DNA from: Selaginella moellendorffii
Lineage: Eukaryota > Plantae > Lycopodiophyta
NCBI RefSeq assembly: GCF_000143415.4
Contig: NW_003314297.1
Span: 558,001-622,000 of the forward strand
Reading direction: 5' to 3'
Length of the DNA: 64,000 bases
How positions within the stretch are numbered: position 1 is the stretch's first letter; each line of letters starts with the position of its first letter. The notes under the pieces were generated by a model. The model did not search any database. It saw only the letters and a list, made by a program, of their open reading frames with translations, and was not told where the DNA came from. Positions 12,846 to 23,874 of this stretch are shown here, in pieces. A program made the position numbers and the translations under genes.

Positions 12846-13208
12846 GTCTTTGGTGTGGCTACCGCTTCCTCTTGATATTCGGCACTTGTGCTTCCTGGTA
12901 TATTCACCATGGAATGGCTTAGGACCACATTTAGAAATGGCATGAGGCCACATGCCATCTTGGGCCCTTGCAATTTCATGGCTAGCGTATTATCATGTAT
13001 GTTTTTACTTGCCTGCAGCTGTGTGTATATCAAGATGGCATGAGGCCTCATGCCAATTTTGTGAATGCGAAATTTCACATGGGTGTCAATAGCATGTTTG
13101 AATAATGGCATGTGGCCTCATGCTATTGAGGTTGTTTGGTATGTTATGATTTAGGCCATTCTCCAATCATTTTTTGTATGGTCTTAACTTCTTTTCTGCA
13201 CTTTCAGA

Positions 13209-16200
13209 ATGGCCTTCAGGGTTGGGGAAAAGGTTTACATTTTGAATGGTGGGAAGAGAGTTGCAAAAGGGACCCTTGTGTCTATGGATCGGAACTTTGT
13301 TATACACTGTCAAAGGCTTGGGGAAGGCAATGCTGCTGTATCAGTAGAGACTGTCTTCGATGGGAATGTGGTCACTATTGAACGAGGAGAGATGGTCGTC
13401 GGGGTAAATGTTGTTGTTGCCTTGAAAAATCTTCAGAAGAAAGCAGATGTTGGGGACAGCGCAAGTGCGACGCATGTTCCCTCTGTGGATCTTAAGAACC
13501 GTGCTACATTGATTCAGGCGAAGGTGTTTCTAAACAACCCCGAGGGGGAGGTGGTAGCTGAGGGCTTAGCCACAGTTGTCGATCCAAGAGATGCGGTTGC
13601 TAATCAAGAATTGGGCTGGGATGATATTGGAGTTGCGATTTTAGAGGTTGTTGACACAGAAGAAAACAGTCTGACTATTGGAAGCATTGTGCGGTGGAAA
13701 TTGAGGCACTTAGTGTTTGAGAATGTGAAGGATTCACAATCAAACACCACTACAACTGATGACAGAACATCTCTTCATGGGAAAAGAAAGTACACCTTCC
13801 TAAAGCGCAGCCAAAGGGATCTGAGCAACGAACCGAAAAGGCAGAAAATGGCGATGGAGGTTCGAATGGTCTCGACAGTTGCTTGTTGCAAGAGGAGGTG
13901 CTGTCAACATGCTGATTGGGATGCTATTGAAGAGGAGAGAGCAAGATACAAGACATTGTCCTGGAAGGCAGCTCGCAATTTTGTGTATGAGGCATTACGG
14001 TCATCTGTTGATGCTTCAGAACATCAGGTGGGGGGCATGGTCTTCCAGAGGGGTTTGGTCTGCATGAAGGCATGGAGAATCATTTATGGAGTCCCTCGAA
14101 CCACATTCTACAGAATCAAAACTGAGTTCGAGGAACAAAGGGTTCAACAGGCAGTCCATGGGAACGACGGTACGCACAAAACCAGGGGTCATGTTGTATA
14201 TGGAGAGGCAATCTTCAAGAGGTTTGTCGAGACATGTAGCGAGCAGCAACCACATAAAACCCGCCTCTTGGAAGATGGAACATGAGACACCCAACGAGTT
14301 CTCCCTTCCATGTATACCAAGGGGGCCATATTGGAAGATGTGAATCGGGAACTCCAGAGTAATGGCTACAGGAAGCTGAGCCAATCTAGATTTAGTAGAT
14401 TGTGGAGCAACAGGTTCAGGGATGTGAGTATAGGAAAGTACTCCAGCTTTTCAAAGTGTCACGAGTGCACTGCTATCAAAATGGCATTGTCGAAGAATTC
14501 TTGCAGCGCTCAAGAGCGAGAGACGTTGGTTAGAAGGCGGCTCGACCACAACATCGAGCAGAGAAGCTGCAGGACTGCATATTATCATAACAGGATTCTC
14601 TCCATGGAGAGACCTGACTCTTACCTCTGCATCATCCACGACAAAATGGACCAGAAAAAGACGTGCTTACCTCGACTCAATCCTGCCCCCAAGGCAATCT
14701 CTTCATCCATGCAGCTGCCTGTGTCTCTGTTTGGCATAATCGCTCATGGGCATGGTGCCCAGAACTATGGGAACTTCTTTGTACCTCTATGGGGTGGCGG
14801 GGGTGCAAACATGATGATTGCGTCCCTAGCAAAACACTTAAGGTCTCTGCAAAGTGCGCAGACTGAGCTGAACGGCCAACCCTTGCATAAGGCCCTTGTC
14901 GATCGAACCCCATACAGGGTTCAGCTGGAGGAGGAGCAAAGGCTTGCAGTATCGCGTGGGGCCCCATGCCATCCCAGTGAATATGTTGGCCGTCAAATTG
15001 TAGGGTTATCACGTGAGGCCTCATGCCATTCCGACGAGGCTGGTCGCCCGGTGAATGCACAGCCTCATCCAAACGAAGCAGAATCTCAAGGAAGTTCTTG
15101 CGGCCGATGTGGCCTTCCACCCCATCTTCTGCTCCAAACAGACAATGCTGGCAGTGAGAACAAAAACATGTACGTCTTCGCGTACTTGGCGATGCTTGTT
15201 GCCAAAGGCATATTTGAAACGGTTACACTTGGCTTTCTCATGGTTGGGCACACTCATGAAGACGTCGATGCCATGTTCAGTCACCTGGCAAAGTCCCTCC
15301 GGCGATCCAATATCCTCACCCTCCCACAACTCTACGATGAATTCCAAAATTGCATCAAAGGCACTGTTGAAGCTGCACTTCTGACAGAGGTTCCAGACTT
15401 TAAGGGGTTTGTAAGAGGCTACATCAGGGACGGATCCGAAATGCTAATTGGCCACTCCAAGCCTCTTCAGTTTCATTTCAGCATGCGTGACGGTGCTCCA
15501 GTGATGAGGTACAAGATGAGAGAATGGGACACAGTGTGGCTGCCAGTGGACGGCATTGAACTCTTCAAGAGAGATCCCATAACTGGGGAACCTATGATTC
15601 CTCAGGGTTCCCCACGGCCGATGCACCCGGATGGACTCAAAGACCAGGAAAGTATAGTGGCCGGGATTAGACAGCATATTGCCTTCTGGAAGAGGGGGTT
15701 GGTGTTTGGTGGAGAATCCTATTTTTAGAGGTGCAAGCCTTTGCTCGAATACTGGGAGAAGATTATATTTGCTATCCAAAATGGGCCGGTTGTATATGAA
15801 GAATTGGAAGAGTCCTTTTGGCCAGAACCCAGAGCACCAGATAGTAGCGGAACAATGTCCTTTGGAAATGCAGTGACAGATAACGATGTTGAGGATCATT
15901 ATTGTGGGCCGAGGAACAAGAAGCCGGATTCAGCATTCAATCCAGTACAGGTCTGCAAAGGAATGGTCGTGCTTGTCAGACCCAGTAATAAAAAACAAAT
16001 GATATGGGTGGGGCGCTGCATCACTGATGCAGAGGAGGACGCGGAAACTAACTCCTTCAATGTAACTGTGGAGTGGTTCAAGCCAAGTTCCGGATATATG
16101 AACGATTGCCTAGAAAAGAGATGGGTGCTGAATCCAAGGGATCCCAGCATGAGCATATCGGTGGATAATGTTGTGCATGGTTGGATGCGGAAGCAGAGTG

Positions 16201-16350
16201 CCACCATCACCTTGCCAGACCATGCAAGAGATGCAGCAAGAGCATTCATAACCCGGGTTCAAGGTGAGATTCATTAATATTCCTTTACTAAGTTTCTAAT
16301 GTATTTTATTTTAAGGTGAACAATCCGAATCTGAATCAGAGGAGGCGTGA
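13209..16350 (+). pseudogene. DUF7869-type / Sola-like RNase H-fold transposase with two premature stops
   Basis: ORFs 13209-14285, 14310-15728 and 15741-16277 share one frame, broken by TGA 14283-14285 and TAG 15726-15728. Motifs: CCKRRCC, VCMKAWRIIYGV (HTH-like), FSKCHEC, HDKMDQKK, LQTDNAGSENKN, FLMVGHTHEDVDAMFS. Probable last intron at ~16265-16315 and final exon EQSESESEEA*. Confidence 0.8.
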
Positions 16351-16988
16351 TGGCATGTGGCCTTACGCCATTCCTAGGTGAGATGATACAAATAACAAGT
16401 ATAAATTCTTAATTGTTCTAGCAAATCTTACTTAAAGTTCAAGGTGAACAAGCCGAATATGAATTCATCGGATTGTTATAACAAATTGCGAGGTGATGGC
16501 ATGAGGCGATACGCCATTTGAGAGTGGTAGCCATTCCTATATGAGGTGAGTGAAGTATTTATTAGAAATACCTCATTCAATTGTGCACTTCTAAGTCTTG
16601 GTCCACTTAGTACTGTTTGCATGTTTTTATTTTAATTCTTTCTCTAAAATGTTATTTAGCATGTGGCTTCATGCCATTGCTCTCCACAATCATGCATTGA
16701 ATTTCTATCCTTGCATAATACTTCTCCATATATATAGCATGTGCGCACATGTGATATGGTTTATTAGGCCTGATATAGTGTGTGAGGTAAAACAAAGATG
16801 ATGTGACATATGCATTTACCAATCACACGTGCATAAATCTAATAATATGGCGTGTGGCCCATATTAATGGCACATAAACCCATATTGTGGGCTTACGTGC
16901 TTTATGTACCATCATTCCCTTGCAGCGTGTGTGTTGGTTTCCTTTTATAACACAACAAACTCCATATTTTAGGGTGAAGAGCGTTCTC

Positions 16989-17246
16989 ATGGCAAGCACA
17001 AAATCTGTAAGTGAGGCAGAAAAGGAGACGGAGAAGGAGATAGGTGAAGATGTAGAATATATAAGTCTTCCAAACTCCCCGTACTATACTCCAGGTGATC
17101 ATTTTTCTGAACAAACGGCAACATTAACAACTATCGAGAACGCCCCAGTAACGTCAGAGACAACAATCCAAAGCAAAACAACTGACCTGGAGAAGGATGA
17201 TAGTACCGCTGAGAGTACCAAAAAGGAGGTGTCCACTAGCGCTTAG
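16989..17246 (+). CDS. Small acidic S/T/E-rich ORF or exon inside the element, function unknown
   Basis: ATG-initiated low-complexity ORF (MASTKSVSEAEKETEKE...); no recognisable domain. Confidence 0.3.
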   Translation: MASTKSVSEAEKETEKEIGEDVEYISLPNSPYYTPGDHFSEQTATLTTIENAPVTSETTIQSKTTDLEKDDSTAESTKKEVSTSA

Positions 17247-17882
17247 GCTTATAATGGTGTGTGCCCTCATGCCATTTACTTGATCACCAAATACCTTTTT
17301 CCCTTTGCACTAGTATATCTTAATACCGGTCTGAGAAATAGAATGGCATGTGCCCTCAGGCCTTTTACTAAATCACCTTTGAAAGAAATGCAAGCCTCTA
17401 TGTCGTAAAAAAAAGGTACTAGAGAAATTCCTTAATAATATGAATGTTATTTAGTTTCATGAAAATACACTAAGGGTCAAATGAGTTAAATGACTTCTCC
17501 AGACTAGCAATGCCTCTTGCTACACCTTCACAATTAGATTCGTTAGAAAAAGATAACATTGAATAATATCTAAATGTTCTCACCATTAAGTTATATGTCT
17601 GGCTAATAGGAATGATGTTCATCTTGGAAAGCTCACCACACGCTCAATGAACAAACAAATAGTGTGTGCGCGCATGCCATCGCTCTTCTTTAGCTTCAGA
17701 TTCGGCTTGTTCACCTTGACAATGAGATTTATTATACAACTAGATGGACTCAGTCTGGACATAAGGTCACCGCGCTAGTCACCATGCCCCAGATATGTCT
17801 AGCCCCTGGACAAAAAACATATAATTTCATGTCATTTTCAAATACTTGAAAATTTGTACCTAGTCCCATTTTACTGAATAAA

Positions 17883-17904
17883 TCCCACTTTAACGAAATA
17901 GAGC
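17883..17904 (-). repeat. Right terminal inverted repeat
   Basis: Exact reverse complement of 4282-4303. Confidence 0.9.
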
Positions 17905-18104
17905 ATCTCTAGTCTTGGACTTCCCAGTGGGCAGCTCATCACCCAACATTGGGTCCGGCCTTCCTGGGCCAAACTGGCCTTTCCTGGCCAAACTGGCCTT
18001 TCCTGGCCAAACTAGCTCCACTGCAGTCCTCCCCCTACTATACTTTTGGAGCTCACCAAACCCCCCAGGGTCTGGGAGACGAACGCTTTGGGCTTTCACC
18101 CTCT

Positions 18105-18680
18105 CAGACTCGAACTCGGACTCGGACTCGGACTCGGACTCGGACTTGGACTTGGACTCGGACTCGGACTTGGACTCGGGCTCGGGCTCGGTCTCGGCCT
18201 CGGCCTCGGTCTTGGTCTCAGTCCTGATCTCGGTCTCGGTCCCGGTCTTGGTCCCGATCTCGGTCTCGACTTTGGACTCCATCTCGGGTCCATCTCAGAC
18301 TCCATCTCGGGTCCATCTCAGACTCCATCTCGGGTCCATCTCGGACTCCATCTCGGGTCCATCTCGGGTCCATCTCAGACTCCATCTCGGGTCCATCTCG
18401 GACTCCATCTCGGGTCCATCTCGGGTCCATCTTGGGTCCATCTCGGACTCCATCTCGGGTCCATCTCAGATTCCATCTCGGGTCCATCTTAGACTCCATC
18501 TCGGTCCATTTCGGACTCCATCTCAGACTCCATCTCGGGTCCATCTTAGACTCCATCTCGGTCCATTTCGGACTCCATATCGGACTCCACTTCGGGTCCA
18601 TCTCGGACTCCACTTCGGGTCCATCTTGGATTCCATCTCAGACTCCACTTCGGGTCCATCTCGGACTCCATCTTGGACAC
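18105..18680 (+). repeat. Tandem repeat array inside the LTR: GGACTC hexamers, then CCATCTCGGGT/CCATCTCAGACT 11-12-mers
   Basis: Directly visible repetition. Confidence 0.9.
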
Positions 18681-18910
18681 TTCCTCATGTCATGTGTTGG
18701 TCCTTTTTGGGTCCCTTTTTGGAGCCTTGCTTATTGCTCGCTTCGTGCTCGCTCCTTGAGCACTTTATTGGGAGTTCCACTCCCATTCTCGACCTTTCAA
18801 GTCGGAGTTTTTAGTCTAAACATGTTACGCTTGTTTGGCTTTCGCTTCGGCCACTACCACGTGGTGCCCTTCCGGCTCCACTTTGGGGCCTAGGGATTTT
18901 GTGTCTCACA

Positions 18911-21710
18911 CACTGGTTGTAATGTATGACTTATATATGCAATGGGATGGCGTTGACCAGGCACACTCAAGCTCTCTTGCATCAACACACCTCTAAGACT
19001 AATGTCAGAAGCATCCATGTGCAAACTAAAAAGTCGAGTGTAGTCAGAATATGCCAAAACCGAAGGAGTCATCAATAGTTCTTTGAGATCCACGAACACC
19101 CGCTCACAATCCGGAGACAAAATGAAAGATGACGTTGATGACTTCAACAATGCTCACAACGATGCAGTGCGATCAGAAAAATGATCCACAAAATGGCCGA
19201 GATACTGCACCTTGCCCAAGAAGCGTTACACATCATTCACACACTTCAGAGTAGGGAACTTTAGAACAGCCACAAGTTTCTCAAGATCAACTTACAAACC
19301 CTCATGAGAAATACGATACCCAAGATAAGTTGTGTCATTGGACCCAAATATGCACTTTGACCGCTTCAGCTTTAAACCAACGTCACATAGCCAATCCAAC
19401 ACTTTAAAAACATCATAAAGTGCTCCTCCCACGTCCCCTCCAAGTGGATCAAGACATCATCAATGAAGTCAGCAGTCACCTCTGGCATATCGCAAAGAAC
19501 TTCGTCCATCATACGCTGAAAAGTTGTTGGAGCATTGTTCAAACCAAACAGCATCACCAAGAACTCGTACAAACCAAATGATGTACAAAAAACAGTCTTA
19601 GGAATATCTTCTTTGGCCATTGGTACTTGCCAGTACCCAGAAGCAAGATCTAACTTGGTGAACCAACGACTTCGCCCCAGACGATCCAAGAGATCAGTAG
19701 TGTGTACACATCTGGGATTGTGACTTCATTTAACGGACGATAGTTAATGCAGAAATAAATACTCTCATCAAGCTTCGTCACAAGATGAGGTTCACATGCC
19801 CAAGGACTCCACAACTTTCGAATAACACCCTTTTTTAACATCTTGACATTTGCACGTAAAATCTTGATCTCCTTAGGTGACCGACGGTGAACAGGAACCT
19901 TGATTGGACAAGCATCCTTGGTTGGAATCAGATGACGTATGGCAATCTTGGCCCCAAACGATAGGTCAAATTCAAAGAGATCAGAATACTCCTTCATGAG
20001 CCGGTCAACTGCTGCAACACAAAGATTGTCGGAAGGATTGGAAAAGGGAAAAGTAGAACAAGATGGAAACATAGGAAGAAATAGTGGGGGAAAAAAAGTA
20101 ATGGAAGTAGAGGTAAAAGTAGAGGAACGAAGAAGTACAGAAATGAGAGGAATGGATGAAACATAAGGAAGTATAAGGTAAGGGGGAAAAGCCTCAAAGT
20201 TACACTTGGTATAATTGCGCTGCAACCAATCTATACCAAGAATGAAATCAAAAGCTTGACTTGGCACCATTTGCAATAACTATAACTCAAGCTTGAGATT
20301 GCCCACACACACAACCAGGTCCGCCTCATCCCATGCACATGCATGTGTACAACCGTTGCCATGAAGAATGAAAATTGGTTTCACCACACGATGCAAGTGT
20401 AAATGGCAACATGTGGTAATAGGTCAAGCAATAGAAGATAAACTCCAACCTGTATCAACCAACACAGAGAGAATAATAAGAGACCTCTTGTTATAAAAAC
20501 AAGTTTGGAAAGTAAACATTGGATGAACCAGTGCCGAGTGAACCCCTTGATGATACTCCCGAAAGAAAGATGGAGGGGTCACTAACGTATTCGCGCAAGG
20601 TCTCTCCATTACTCATGTGACTCCTTGTTTCCTGGATGCATCTCGGCGTCCAGACCTTCCACTGCAGCAGCACCAACGGGACGTTGGTGACGCCAAGATC
20701 TCCACCCAGGAAATGGAGGTCACAAATCTGGAAAACGCCGACAATGCCGATAAGTATGACCAACTTCATCACATGCCTAGCAGCTAACATCACGGCCACA
20801 ACCACGTCCTTGCCCTTGTCCTTGGACTCGAGCAGCAGCAACATCAACCTCTATTGGAACATAACCATCACTCATAAGAAGTGGAGTTGAAAGATGTGCA
20901 ACAAGAAGTGGGACAGGTGACGTCTCATAACATTGTGCCAAGCGAAGAGCATTGTCAAGGGTGGCGGGAGCAAATGCATGCACAAGTCCAACAAGATCTT
21001 GACAAAGTGCTGGCCACAACATTCCGAGTTTGATCCACTCTGACATATTTGGCTCTACACGAAGCAAAAGACTTTGGAAATAAACGCCAAATTGCATCAC
21101 TGACTATCATCCCTAGGATTCCCGCGAAAGAACTCCAGCCAAACGCAAGGATTGGCACCAAGAGTAGGTAGGAGGAATTGTACCATGTGCCATGAACACT
21201 GCCATCAATTGAGTTTGGTTGTTCAATTACATACACATAGCATGAAGCAATTGTACCAACTACTACTCCAGAGTCAAAAGAGGAGATTGCTAATCTGCCA
21301 TGAAGATGAACAAAAAAGAAAGAGCAAAAGAAGAGAAATAACAAAAAACTAGAAAGAAATGGAAAATCTAGACAATGTAAAAGCTAGATCTAAACCAAAA
21401 TCCTAAAAGGAAAGAACAAAAGAAAGGAAATGGAAAAAGTTAAATCTAAACGATGCAAAAGTTAGATTTAAACCAAAATCCCAAATCCAAGCACTCCTTA
21501 GGGACAATCAAAGGTGCCCCTCACCTCCACCAAGGTGAGTGCTTCAAATATAGAAAGGGAATATATAAAATATGTATATCAATTAGCCTAAAAACCTTAA
21601 CTTATATACAGGAGTAAGTGGTCTGGATAGAAACCAATCTGATAGCTACCAAAATCCCACTACACTAATATTAGCATATGGTATCGTAGCCGTAATCTTG
21701 GCCCCTCATA
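18911..21710 (-). mobile_element. Ty3/gypsy short-LTR family, degenerate copy (LTR, PBS, gag, protease, RT, part of RNase H)
   Basis: RT motifs LDLASGYWQ and FIDDVL; PBS cccctcacctccacca ~21517-21532; LTR ~21534-21710 homologous to 48516-48689. Interrupted at 18910 by the other element. Confidence 0.9.
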
Positions 21711-21789
21711 ATATAAATTGTATTAATATATTCCACATTATGTGAATTTATATTACCCCAATACATACATACCTATATACCTACATATA

Positions 21790-21792
<3 letters not shown>

Positions 21793-21839
<47 letters not shown>
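21793..21839. repeat. (TA)n microsatellite abutting an assembly gap
   Basis: TA run followed by Ns. Confidence 0.95.
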
Positions 21840-21939
21840 NNNNNNNNNNNNNNNNNNNNNNNNNNNNNNNNNNNNNNNNNNNNNNNNNNNNNNNNNNNNN
21901 NNNNNNNNNNNNNNNNNNNNNNNNNNNNNNNNNNNNNNN
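21840..21939. other. Assembly gap
   Basis: N run. Confidence 1.
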
Positions 21940-22840
21940 TTTCCACGACTCAAGTCGCCAAGAACTTCCGACACATGCAGCTTCACGCTCTCCGTACCTT
22001 AGTCGCCACCTTGCATGGCCCGACCTAAGGCGAGAAATCCCGCTCGAAGCTGCGAGACCAGCAACCGTCGCGTTTCCACCATGTTGCTGCCGTGCCAACC
22101 ACATGCAACGAAGATCCCTGACACTTAGAGTGGCCGGATCGAAGATCCCGCCGCCACCCTAAGTCCTGCCCTAACCGCAGTTAGCCAAGAACCCTAACCC
22201 TAGCCACGAATTAGGACAGGTGAGAACTCTGAGACCGTGAAGAATTTTTGCCTGCGCTTCTGGGAGGGTGTGAGGCTCCCTCCCAGCTATGCCCCTGTGA
22301 ATTTTTGTGCAAAAAATTCCAAGCCGTTCAGGAGTTATGAGCTCCCAAAAAACTTGAAACCATGAGAAGCGAAAAAAGAAGAGGAGGAGAGGAGAGCGTC
22401 CAGCTGCTGCAGCCGTGGTGTTCCTGACTGCCCTCTCCACTCCTCCAAATCTCTAAGCCCCGAAAAACCCTAGCCGCCGCCGAAGAACCCTAAAAACAGC
22501 AGCGACCTAGGGCCAGCGAGATCTCCAGATCCGTGGCAGATCTCGCCGCGGCCTTCTAGGAGGATGAGAATCTACACTCCTAGAAGCCCCCCGTCGAAGG
22601 AATCGAGGTTTCTCCCAGCCGTTTGGGAGATATCGATAAAAACGACAGAGAGCGAGAGAGAAGAGGAGAAAGAGGAGGGAGACGAGCTCCGTGTGTTGCT
22701 GCCGCGGTCTGCGATGCTTGTGCCGCCCTGGACGCTCGCTCCCTCCCTCTTTCTCACACTCTCTCTCTAGCGCCTTCGAGCTCTCTCCTCAAACAACTTA
22801 GGGCTTTTGCGCGCGCAAGCCTTCCTCAATACCTTTTGTA

Positions 22841-23611
22841 NNNNNNNNNNNNNNNNNNNNNNNNNNNNNNNNNNNNNNNNNNNNNNNNNNNNNNNNNNNN
22901 NNNNNNNNNNNNNNNNNNNNNNNNNNNNNNNNNNNNNNNNNNNNNNNNNNNNNNNNNNNNNNNNNNNNNNNNNNNNNNNNNNNNNNNNNNNNNNNNNNNN
23001 NNNNNNNNNNNNNNNNNNNNNNNNNNNNNNNNNNNNNNNNNNNNNNNNNNNNNNNNNNNNNNNNNNNNNNNNNNNNNNNNNNNNNNNNNNNNNNNNNNNN
23101 NNNNNNNNNNNNNNNNNNNNNNNNNNNNNNNNNNNNNNNNNNNNNNNNNNNNNNNNNNNNNNNNNNNNNNNNNNNNNNNNNNNNNNNNNNNNNNNNNNNN
23201 NNNNNNNNNNNNNNNNNNNNNNNNNNNNNNNNNNNNNNNNNNNNNNNNNNNNNNNNNNNNNNNNNNNNNNNNNNNNNNNNNNNNNNNNNNNNNNNNNNNN
23301 NNNNNNNNNNNNNNNNNNNNNNNNNNNNNNNNNNNNNNNNNNNNNNNNNNNNNNNNNNNNNNNNNNNNNNNNNNNNNNNNNNNNNNNNNNNNNNNNNNNN
23401 NNNNNNNNNNNNNNNNNNNNNNNNNNNNNNNNNNNNNNNNNNNNNNNNNNNNNNNNNNNNNNNNNNNNNNNNNNNNNNNNNNNNNNNNNNNNNNNNNNNN
23501 NNNNNNNNNNNNNNNNNNNNNNNNNNNNNNNNNNNNNNNNNNNNNNNNNNNNNNNNNNNNNNNNNNNNNNNNNNNNNNNNNNNNNNNNNNNNNNNNNNNN
23601 NNNNNNNNNNN
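22841..23611. other. Assembly gap
   Basis: N run. Confidence 1.
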
Positions 23612-23874
23612 TAAACTTGGTTCCTTTATTCACTAGAAGGATTGATAGATAGATATTTTTCAAATCCTTGTTAAGGCATGGCTAATGTTGACTAATGTTT
23701 ACTACTCACTCCTTTTCTTAGAATTGAATATTTCAATCAATGTTGCTCAATGTCTATAAGAACATTACAGCAACAATCTATCATATATCCTGCATTTCTT
23801 TGACTATAGTTTTACTTTCTAGCTCTAAACATCCACTCTCAAGATCTTTGTACATTTAGTAACAACCCATCTCC

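Larger units (their letters stand above)
4666..17680. repeat. Dispersed inverted motif ATGGCRTG-N6-CAYGCCAT, roughly 25-30 copies
   Basis: Copies start at about 4666, 5743, 5818, 7060, 7251, 7392, 8864, 10201, 10278, 11148, 11386, 12937, 13035, 13105, 16350, 16496, 17254 and 17343. Degenerate copies at about 4378, 10143, 11013, 11307, 12250, 12322, 14953, 15010, 16657, 16847 and 17660. Confidence 0.9.
4282..17904. mobile_element. Large (~13.6 kb) TIR DNA transposon with DUF7869/Sola-like transposase and a multidomain cargo gene
   Basis: Perfect 22-bp TIRs: GCTCTATTTCGTTAAAGTGGGA (4282-4303) and TCCCACTTTAACGAAATAGAGC (17883-17904). It interrupts an LTR, encodes a transposase-like ORF, and the palindromic motif is confined between the TIRs. 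Confidence 0.85.
3457..18910 (-). mobile_element. 5' LTR of the left element, split in two (3457-4281 and 17905-18910) by the 13.6 kb DNA transposon
   Basis: Starts TGTAAG next to the PBS and ends TCTCACA at 18910, where an unrelated gypsy RNase H sequence resumes. The motif cgctttgggctttcaccc near 18084 also occurs, reverse-complemented, in the LTRs at ~31170 and ~37260. Confidence 0.7.

Noticed and set aside
4666-17680. Palindromic repeats as a CRISPR array
   Set aside because: Spacing is irregular (tens to thousands of bp), the copies are degenerate, there are no cas genes, and the context is eukaryotic.
17890-18893. Several long Ser-Asp, Gly-Leu or Arg-Thr ORFs
   Set aside because: Artefacts of a stop-free tandem repeat within an LTR.
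21940-22840. GC-rich island between the gaps as a gene
   Set aside because: No coherent ORF or motif; probably a repeat fragment that cannot be classified because of the gaps.
22623-23663. ORFs of ~300 aa
   Set aside because: They are translations of an N gap.
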